DNA of 63,701 nt, the filler included, from Folioceros fuciformis (lineage: Eukaryota): the NCBI GenBank assembly GCA_049999805.1. It is 15 parts of 15 records of this genome, joined end to end, with 100 filler letters (N's around TTAATTAATTAA, not from the genome) between each part and the next. Parts side by side here need not be neighbours in the genome. Positions count along the whole stretch, not along the records: positions 46,958 to 52,152 come from JBNGIO010006718.1; positions 52,253 to 55,251 come from JBNGIO010006719.1; positions 55,352 to 59,105 come from JBNGIO010006720.1; 12 more parts are not named here. One strand, 5' to 3'. Under the pieces are notes generated by a model that saw nothing but the letters and a program-made list of their open reading frames with translations, searched no databases and was not told the DNA's origin. Position 1 is the stretch's first letter; each line of letters starts with the position of its first letter. Shown piece by piece: positions 49,104 through 59,205 of the stretch. The translations under genes were made by a program, and so were the position numbers.

Positions 49104-51971
49104 GCGGTCTGCTTCCACGCTTCGATTTTCTTTCAAGCTTGTTCAAGTGCGCCAGGAAAGGAAGCTGCTTGCTGTTTGTTTAGTGTCAATGTAAATAGAG
49201 GTTGCTCAACTCCTGATAACCACCAGAACTGTGGATCTGTTTCGTTATGATGACAACATATCGAAATGAATCCCTCAAGCCAAGCATCTTCCTATACTTA
49301 GTATGCTTGTCTAGACTCAAGCTTGTAGTCTGCTAGCATATCTTGTGTCAGACAATACTCCAATTTTATTTTTCTTTAAAATATTCTTAAGCACTTTGCG
49401 ATGCAAGATTGCACAACACTGGTGGAAATGCACAACACAGGTGGAAATGATTTTTTGTTGGTTGTAGACTGGTATACCCTACACTCTTTACCTCATCTTC
49501 GTACCAAGCTTGATAACACAAGGCCGGATTCGTAAGGCCTGATGTCAGTCATTTTAGGAACTTTATTATGTGGCTCACGATTAGGGGAGGTTAATGAAAA
49601 TTAAAATATTTTCTTATGTTTGTATAATATAATATAATATAATGATTAAAAATCAATAGTTTTTAACCGAGTGCAGCCTTAACCTGATTTTTAGCTGTTC
49701 CTTCTTTTCGAAGGAGGAGGCAAAGACTTTCTCTACTGGCTCTTCGCCGGCATAGTTGCTACGAGCACGACCCTCAAATCCTCCCTTACATCCCTCTCTG
49801 GACGAACAGCCCATTGTCTCTAGCTCTCTCCGAAGCTTCCTTCACGTTCCATCTTCCTGACCTTCGTTCACCTTCATCTGCCAACGTCCATCATTCTGCC
49901 TTCCCCTACAGCTGTCTCATGACGGCACCCACACTGGTTGCGCCACCTTCAAGTTCAACATTGACTTTCTGACGCTAAGCCTAGCCAGCCTAGCCTTCCT
50001 TGCACGCACAGCTTCCTCCATCCTTAGCTCAATTAAATATCATTGACCTCACCTCCCATCCGTGGACGAAGTATGTAGCAGAAAGTCTGCAAGACTTCAT
50101 GCACTGGGACGGAAAACTGTCCCGGTAACTAGGTTTCAAAGCGAGGACGTGAGTGTATCTTGCCACACGGCCGTCTCTATGTTGTCTGTACTGGTGCCCA
50201 AGTCAAGAAAACGTGCGAGTGCTTCAATCCCACTTCCCAGCTCTTATCTCCACTGGACTAGTCTGATCTGCTGCCCCGGGCTGGTTTTCCCTTGTCCCAG
50301 ATTGTGCCATCCTTTTCCTCCTGCGCATGAGTGGCTTCAAAGCGACTTGCATATCGCCTTGAAGGACCAGAGTTGAAGCCACTTGCACAATAGTCAAACG
50401 AAAGCTTTGCCAGGATATTGTACATTTTTCCTCGGTTCCAGCTTCCTATTGGAGACTGCTGATCTGCTGCTTAGCAAGCACGAGCCGCTGCACCTTGCAA
50501 GAGAAGTTTTAGACCAGGCCATTCCTCTCCGCTAACAACTGGCGGGCTGGACCAATCAGGGAAAAGGAACCAGTCCGACATCAGTAACCGAACCTGTGCT
50601 TGTTGACCTGTCACTCGGTCTACACGACCCTTAGACTTCAACGTCTTGTCTGAGTTGAAATTGAAGCTTCAACGTCTTGTCTGGGTTGAAATTGACGTGC
50701 TTGATGCGAACTCTGCCCGGGGTATATAGTCTGTGCAGCTCCATGAGCTTTTCCCACAGCACAATCAGCGTCTCCCTCCGCATTGCAGTAGGAAGCTTCC
50801 TCCCTAGAGACAGACGGTCGTGTGACATGCAGCGCTTGCAAGCTCGACAGTGTTTTCATTGATGCATAGAGATTGTAAACTTCTACGCAATACTAGCTGT
50901 GGCAGTGACGATTGTGCAGCAAGATTGCTTGTTCTTGTGATGGATTGGACGTTCTGTTGTTGTTGTTCTGGACAAGCGGATGCCAAGGAGGCTAGGAGGG
51001 GGAGCTCGACACTAGAACTTTTGAAGCGTTGCTACGAGGAACTGACAGAATGCAAGCAGAGCCAGTCGTTCAGAATGGTGGATTCGACTTTCCTGTGGCT
51101 TTGATTTTCCTGACTTTCAGCAGTGGGCTTACAATTCCACAAACCGGCTTGTCGGTTGTGGGAAAAGTTAGCCCACTCCTGAAGGTTCAGGAGAAGCAAA
51201 GTCATCTGTCCCGCCTATGCACAGTGACAAGGACAAGACCAGCGCGCACCCAGCGAATTCGTTGAGATTTCGGACGGAGGACCTGAGTGGCTGCGATTTT
51301 CTCGAGACTTTCAGCAGTGGGCCATATTCTTCAATTCCAGTCTACGTCCAGCAACGAGTAGATGTGAAATGTTGCACACTGCTGCAAGTCTTGAGGAGAA
51401 CACAGTTACTCGTTTTCAGCACGCAGAAGAGAACACAGCCTGAAGCAAACCGAAGAAGAGAGCGTGAAGAAAGATCAACAAAGCCTGAGTTTTGCAGCAT
51501 TCCCGAATGCATTTGAAATTGAACCAAGCTAACAGGCGACTGATTTGTTTCACGATTGCGATTTTTTCATGTTCAACTTGGTGATTTTTCCATGGAAGCT
51601 GTCAAGTGCACTGCTGGAGCGGTCCAACGGCGGACGAATATTCAAAGAAGCATTCGGATTTCCAAGAAATTCGAACTCCCTAGTAGGCGTGGTCCGATTT
51701 CAAACTTTCACGGACGGTCTGCTTCACCGAGCTGAAAGGCCAGAGGAATAGTGCTCAACACTGAACGTGTGACGAGAGGCACTGTCTGCTCTCCCCGGTT
51801 TCATGTCCGGTCATCCAATATGGTCATACAGCGGTCTGCTTCCACACTTCCATCTTCTTTCAAGCTTGTTCAAGTGCGCCAGGAAAGGAAGCTGCCAGCC
51901 GTTTGTTTGGTGTCAATGTAAATAGAGGTTGCTCAAATCCTGATAACCACCAGAGTTGTGGATCTGTTTCG
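49104..51971. repeat. Dispersed direct repeat of about 140 bp (49104-49244 and 51831-51971)
   Basis: gcggtctgcttccac...gtgcgccaggaaaggaagctgc...ggatctgtttcg in both. Confidence 0.85.
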
Positions 51972-51974
51972 ACA

Positions 51975-52152
51975 CAAAGCCATTCATCTTTCACATATGT
52001 ACATCAGGCCTCCACCTTGCTTGGAAATAGTGTCATCCTTATTAGACTATATGACCCACCACATACATGTCTTCACAACATTTGGCCCTTGGCGTTACTT
52101 GGATTCTTCAGGAAGTTCTTGGATCGCGGCTCTTCAGGAAGTTCTTGGATCG
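51975..52152 (-). mobile_element. Gypsy gag-protease junction fragment, colinear with the start of the same fragment (46958)
   Basis: Matches 53376-53520; ends in the same 48 nt that open the fragment. Confidence 0.85.
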
Positions 52153-52252
52153 NNNNNNNNNNNNNNNNNNNNNNNNNNNNNNNNNNNNNNNNNNNNTTAA
52201 TTAATTAANNNNNNNNNNNNNNNNNNNNNNNNNNNNNNNNNNNNNNNNNNNN

Positions 52253-52454
52253 TAATTATTAATTAGGCACCCAAATCGTTAAATGATATGAAGCGCCACT
52301 ACGTTTCATACGGTCGTGACTCTAGACTAACCGTCACATTCCTCGCTTCGTGAACAGGCATGAGCGCGCCTTAAGAGGCCAAGGTCACGGCCAATAAATT
52401 ATCCTTCCTTTTTCATGTTCTAATCTCTCTCTCTCGATCCTTCGACTATCTTTA
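52253..52454. mobile_element. One end of an element nested in the Gypsy RT (other end 59059-59105)
   Basis: RT stops at GHEYKT here and resumes at KTACRTRYG at 59058; GTTTT is duplicated at 52455-52459 and 59054-59058; termini TG (59059)...TA (52454). Confidence 0.75.
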
Positions 52455-55251
52455 GTTTTGTACTCATGCCCCTTAGCAATCTTGATCTGATAGTACCCTG
52501 CCATCAGGTCTAGCTTGGTAAAATACGTGGCATCCTTCAACCTGTCAAACATGTCGTCCATTCTCGGCAAAGGATATTCATTCTTGATTGTGATCTGGTT
52601 CAAAGCTCTGTAATCCAGACACAATCTAAGTCCTCCATTCTTTTTGCGCGTGAATAACACAGGCGCACCAAAGAAAGACTTAGAAACTCTGACATATCCC
52701 TTTGCCAACAGGTTGGATAGTTGTTGTTTGAGTTCTTGCAACTCAGCTTGTGACAATCTATATGGTGCTCTTGAAGGAGGTGTACTCCCTGGCTTCAACT
52801 CAATTTTATGATCTACAACTCTACGAGACGGCAATGGTGGCAACTCATCTAGCATCAAGTCCTTGAACTCATCTAGTACAGCTTGTACTTCTTTTGGGAT
52901 GTCCTTCTTCTCTGTGCAATCTTCTTCTAGACCATCCTCTAGTCCTTGGAGTACAACCAAGTATAACTCCTTCTTTTTCCTGAGGTCTTTCTTGAGCTCT
53001 CTTTTTGTAATCAGCTATACTGATACGCTCTCAAGCCTCTAGCTACTGCTAGCACAACTCACTTTGTGCTTTCTGGATATCTCGATAGTGCGTGACTTAA
53101 CATCCATTTGCACTTCATTAGATCTCAACCACTCCAGACCTAGGATGATATCATGGTCATCCATCTCCACGACTGTAAAACTCACACTTCCTTGCCACGC
53201 ATCAACTTGCAGCTTTACTCCATGCAATTCACGCAGAAATTGCAGAGTCCCTTTAGCTTGTTTGATTTTATATAGCGTGGAAGTTTCAGTCCAATCAAGG
53301 CCAAGCTCTCTTGCCTTACATAGAGTCACAAAATTATGGGTGGTTGCAGAATCTAACAATAGCTCTACATCCAAGCCATTGATCTTACCACATGTATACA
53401 TCAGATCTCCACCCTCCTTGGAAATAGTGTCACCCTTAACACTCGATGACTCACCACATGTCCTCACAACATGTGGTCCCTGGCGTCACCTAGACTCTTC
53501 AGGGAGCTCTTGGATCCTGGCTTTAGGAACAGGTGGATTTGCGGCAACTAAATTCAAGGTGGGAGCTCCTGCATGTGGACAGTTTCTAGCAAAATGTCCC
53601 TGCTCTCCACAACTATAATATACACCAGAGGTAGGTGCTGCACGTCGTCTTCCACGACTCCTATTATCACCTCTACCCAGGCTTCTGGCAATAGTCTTAG
53701 TAGTTGCACTATTCCCAGTGGTGGTGGCTCGTCCTTTGCCTCTAGATCTACCCTGAGATCTAGGATATCTCCCCCTCGAGATTGGAGCCTCCTGGACAAA
53801 CATGTCCGGTATGGCATCTGCTGCTGCCATAGCCTCTTGCAACGTCTGAGGATTAGTCAATGCAATCCTGTTCTGAGCCCATCTCTTAAGGCCAGTAGTA
53901 AACTTGTGGAGTTTGTCATGCTCATGCATCTCAATAGAGCTGAATTCACTCACATACTCCTGCAAAGTTCTAATATGCTTGACATTGTCGAGCATCCTTC
54001 GCGTCAAACTCGCAGCATTGGCTGGTTGGAAACGGAGTTGCAGCGCTTCCTTGAAGTATGCCCATGTGAAGATCGTTGCTCTGCGATTGCCTTGCCTTAC
54101 GTTCTCTACGTAAGTCCTCCACCAAGTAAGAGCATATTCATCCAAGAAATTCGTGACGTGCTTTTAGTACTCGTCTTGCGGCACTCCGCATGATTCTAAG
54201 TACGCTTCCAAAGAGAAAAACCAAGAACTGATTTTCTCTACGTCACGTTCGCCCTTATAACTCTTAGGCGCAGGAACACTCAATCTCAACTTCTTGGCCT
54301 TCTTAGGAGCACTGATCTTAGGCTCGGACTCCACTTTTTCTGGCTCTTCGTCATCAAGCCTCCGTTTGCCTTTGATCTCTTGATCTAGGGCATCAAGTCT
54401 CCTCATGATTTTTTGGAGTTGGTCCTCTATGGTGGTACCGGTCCTTTGCTCTGAAGTTCCTTTCTCTGTTGTTCTCACGACTTGAGGATCCGCTGGTGGC
54501 TCTTCCACAACGGCTTCGGTAAGCGGGGCCTTATCCTTCCTGCGGCGTACCCTCTCTGCTCTGCTTGGCTCAACAGGATCTGCCATCGTTAATCAGCATA
54601 CTAGTGAAGGATGCTTCAACCTATGCTCTGATACCAACAAGTAACACCCCCTTCAACGAGGTGGGGCAGAACCACGTAGTCAGAAGCAAAGGCAAGGGTC
54701 AGTTATTAAACACCGGACACAGCACTAGGCCTCCAAGTAGCCCGCCCTCCTCTTCTAGGAGGACTCGCAGCTAGCACCCTTGCTGCTGCTCTTTATTCAA
54801 AGCACGAGTCAACGAGAACATACGGGTGCTAGCTGCTGCTCTTTATTCAAAGCACGAGTCAACGAGAACATACAGAGCTGGAGGGTTAGAGAGAACTCTC
54901 CATCTTTGCCTAAGCTAGGAGCTTAGCTCTCCCTTCTCTTGACCTAGAGAGAACTCTCCATCTTTGCCTAAGCTAGGAGCTTAGCTCTCCGTTCTCTTGC
55001 CCTAGAGAGAACTCTCCATCTTTGCCTAAGCTAGGAGCTTAGCTCTCCCTTCTCTTAACCTCCTCCCACAGCTCCTTCACAGCACACCTCTCATGTGCTC
55101 AGCCCAAGCAACACATGCTCTCAAGGCGTAGCCCAAGCACTGGATACTCTCAAGGCTTTGAGGAGATACAGATCTCCACTCAACTGTACTATCCTTAACC
55201 CTTGGCTAGGTCCCCTCAACTGTACTGTCCTTAACCCTATGCTAGGTCCCC
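52455..55251 (-). mobile_element. Gypsy (chromovirus-type) element, 5' half: 5' LTR (from 54640), PBS (54625-54636), gag, protease, RT N-part
   Basis: TGGTATCAGAGC; gag with [62 protein letters not shown]. Confidence 0.95.
54887..55060. repeat. 58-bp tandem triplication in the LTR (also 55780-56080; single copy in the LTR at 48253+)
   Basis: tagagagaactctccatctttgcctaagctaggagc... at 54887, 54945 and 55003. Confidence 0.9.
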
Positions 55252-55580
55252 NNNNNNNNNNNNNNNNNNNNNNNNNNNNNNNNNNNNNNNNNNNNTTAAT
55301 TAATTAANNNNNNNNNNNNNNNNNNNNNNNNNNNNNNNNNNNNNNNNNNNNAGTCTCGTCTAGGCAGATCCCCGGCCGGGTACACTGTACGTATGTACAT
55401 ATGACCACAGCACCCTGAAGGGGTGAACCTTGAGCCGTCCTGCCTGAAGGGGTGAGCCGTCCTATAGTACCTGTGGGCGAGCTGTCGGACTGATACTTCA
55501 GACCTCGCGACCATGTGAGGGATATTAGGTAGTAACTTTATGTTTCAGTATAGATATACAAAACAGTTAATTACTTGTCA

Positions 55581-58500
55581 AGTAACACCCCCTTCAACGG
55601 GGTGGGGCAGAACCACGCAGTCAGAAGCAAAGGCAAGCGTGAGTTATTAAACACCGGACACAGCACTAGGCCTCCCGGTAGCCCGCCTTCATCTTCGAGG
55701 AGGACTCGCAGCCAGCACCCTTGCTGCTGCTTTTTATTCAAACCACGAGTCAACAAGAACATATAGAGTTGGAGGGCTAGAGAGGAGCTTAGCTCTCCCT
55801 TCTCTTGCCCTAGAGAGAACTCTCCATCTTTGCCTAAGATAAGGAGCTTAGCTCTCCCTTCTCTTGACCTAGAGAGAACTCTCCATCTTTGCCTAAGCTA
55901 GGAGCTTAGCTCTCCCTTCTCTTGACCTCCTCCCACAGCTCCTTNNNNNNNNNNNNNNNNNNNNNNNNNNNNNNNNNNNNNNNNNNNNNNNNNNNNNNNN
56001 NNNNNNNNNNNNNNNNNNNNNNNNNNNNNNNNNNNNNNNNNNNNCTAGGAGCTTAGCTCTCCCTTCTCTTGACCTCCTCCCACAGCTCCTTTATAGCACA
56101 CCTCTCATGTGCTCAGCCCATGTGCTCAGCCCAAGCAACACATGCTCTCAAGGCATAGCCCAAGCAACACATGCTCTCAAGGCGTAGCCCGAGCACTGGG
56201 TGCTCTCGAGGCTGTGAGGAGATATTGATCTCCACTCAACTGTACTCAACTGTCCTTAGCCCTTGGCTAGGTCCCCTTTTTATACACAAGCTCTAGTCAC
56301 TAACTTAGCAACTACTTAAACCTTAAGCTATTATTCACTACCACACACTTTTTCCTAAGGCTGCATGCTTCTCAGGCTCCTAGTAATATGCTCTGCTAAA
56401 CATGCCTCTGCATGGAGCTTACTTGCTTGGCACTCAAACTAGCGTTGTTACTTCTCCCCCCAGTAGGAAAGAATCATTGTCCTCAGTGATAACCAGTGTA
56501 ATGAGCAATCATCCAGGAGCCTCTCTGGATATCCTCTAATGTTACGGAAACTGGTGTTGAGATCCCACGCAACTTTACCATGTATTGTGGTAGAGTTCCA
56601 TGTATCGTAGCCACGCTACCTTCTGCAAGGAATTCCTCAATCTCTTGCAGTCCTTGATCATGCTACATTAAGATACTGTACTTCTTCCTATCCATGTCTT
56701 CTTTCTCTTTGCCTAGCACAAATGGTTTCAACATAGATACATGAAACACATTGTGTGCAAAAATCCAGTCAGGCAAGTCCAACTTGTAAGCCACTTCTCC
56801 AATGCGCTTCAAGACAACATATGGACCTCCATATATTGGTCTCAACTTCAAAGACAAACCTTGGGGTAGTGTGAAATGCTTCAGTTTCACCCAAACCTTA
56901 TCCCCAACATTGAAGATAGTTTCTCTCCTGTGCTTATCAGCATATCTCTTTTGACGTGCTTGAGCCTTGGCTAATATCTTTTGGGCAACCTCATTCCTAG
57001 CCTTCAACTGCTCAACAAATTGGCGTGGATCTCCGGTGGTAGTGTTGAAAACTTCAGCATTTAACATGGATACCACATCCAAAGGTGAATTTCCACTCAT
57101 CTCAAAGGGACTACATCCCAGGGGGCTATGTATTGTGTTATTGTAACAAAACTCCACATCATGAAGATGATCAGCCCAATCTCTCTGATCAATCTGCACA
57201 TAGTGCCTCAAATATTCTTCTTGGATTCGGTTGACTCGCTCAATTAATCCATCAGTATATGGATAGTATGCAATACTCATACATAGCTGCACATTCAAAC
57301 TCTTCATCAAGTGCTGCCAGAACTCTCCTATGAATCCAGGATCTTGATCGCTCACAATCTGCACAGGCAAGCCATGATACTTGTACACATACTTTTTGAA
57401 CAAGTTTGCTGCCTCAGAAGCGGTCACTCGCTTCTTAATGGGAATGAAGTGTGCTTGTCTAGTGAATCTATCCACCACTGTCATAATAGCAGTAAATCCA
57501 TTACTGGGAAGCAAGGGTATGATGAAGTCCATAGAAATACTTTTCCATGGGCCTCTTGGGATAGGTAGGGGCTGTAATAAACTCCTCCACTTAGCCTGCT
57601 CAACCTTATTCTACTAACAAATAGCACATGCTTTGACATTGTCCAATGTATCTTGATACATTCCTTGCCAATAGAACAGTTTCCTCAACTTCTCATAAGT
57701 TGAATCACCTCCACGGTGACCAACACTTGGTACATCATGACACTCAGTAAGCAATTTCCTCTTCAAGCCTATAGAGTTAGGGATCACAACTCTCTTCTGT
57801 TTGTATATCAACAAACCATCTATGAGTTTGAACTTGCTTCCTTTCTCTACCACCCCATTCATCCAGTCCTACACTTCAAGATCTTGCAGATAAGCTTCTC
57901 TTATCTCTTTGTGAGCATCCAAAGGTTCAATCACAGTTGCCATTGCTTCCATTTCTTGACTTTGCTTGTGACTCAGCGCATTTGCAACCTTATTCTCTTT
58001 TCCAAGTTTATAACTAAGAGTCACGTCATACATAGCTAGGAAATCTTGCCATCTAGCTTGCCTCGCATTCAACTTCAACTGGTTTGAGAAGTACATCGTG
58101 CTGATATTATCAGTATACAGCACAAAAGACCTACCCAAGAGATAGTGTCTCCAAGCCTTCAGACAGTGGATGACAACACTTATTTCCTTCTCATAGGTGG
58201 GATACCTCTTCTCACAATGATGCAACTTTCTTGACTCAAAAGCTAATTGCTTTTGGTCCTGCATCAAAACTCCACCTATAGCCACATCTGAGGCATCACA
58301 ATACACTTCCACATCTCTCTTGGGGTCATACATTCCCAACACTGGAGTNNNNNNNNNNNNNNNNNNNNNNNNNNNNNNNNNNNNNNNNNNNNNNNNNNNN
58401 NNNNNNNNNNNNNNNNNNNNNNNNNNNNNNNNNNNNNNNNNNNNNNNNCTCCACCTATAGCCACATCTGAGGCATCACAAAACACTTCCACATCTTTCCT

Positions 58501-59058
58501 GGGGTCATACATTCCCAACACCGGAGTCGTGCTCAACTTCTTCTTCAAGCATTCAAAGGCTACTTGATACTCAGCATCCCATTTCCAAGCTTTTGCTGTT
58601 TTCAAGAGGTCAGTTATGGGGGCTGCTATCTTAGCAAACATATGTACAAACTTCCTATACACAGAAGCCAAACCCATAAAACTTCACACCTCATGAATAT
58701 TTCGAGGGGGCTGCCAATCTTGAATGGCCTTAACTTTTTCAAGATTGATCCCGATGCCCTCGGCAGAGACAATGAAACCTAAGAATGGGAATTCTGTCTT
58801 GACAAAGTCACACTTCTTGATTGCCAAGAACAAAGAATTCTCTCTTAGTCTCTGTAACACTTTCCTCAAGTGTTCAACATGTTCCTCCAAGGTATGACTA
58901 TAGATCAAAATGTCATCGAGATAGATTACAACACACTTGTCCACCATATCTATGAATATAATATTCATAAGAGTCTGAAATGTAGCAAGTGCGTTAGAAA
59001 GTCCAAATGGCATGACAAGGAACTCAAAAGATCCATACCTTGTTCTACATGCTGTTTT
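55581..59058 (-). mobile_element. Gypsy element, 3' half: RT, RNase H, integrase, decayed chromodomain, PPT (about 56453-56460), 3' LTR (55581-56452)
   Basis: MPFGLSNA, IYLDDILIYS, YCDASDVAIGGVLMQ, ECHD...GHRG, MDFI...VVDRF, IVSDQD, GPYVV..RIGEVAYKLDLP, EIEEFLAE...QYMVKLRG; GAGGACAA then GGGGGAGA before the LTR. Confidence 0.95.
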
Positions 59059-59205
59059 TGTGGAAGTTAATTAGGTTTAATTAACTTAAATAGGCAGGCT
59101 TTAGANNNNNNNNNNNNNNNNNNNNNNNNNNNNNNNNNNNNNNNNNNNNTTAATTAATTAANNNNNNNNNNNNNNNNNNNNNNNNNNNNNNNNNNNNNNN
59201 NNNNN

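Noticed and set aside
49740-51100. Protein-like minus-strand stretches
   Set aside because: Broken by stops and no family motif recognised; may be a decayed gene or TE but unsupported.
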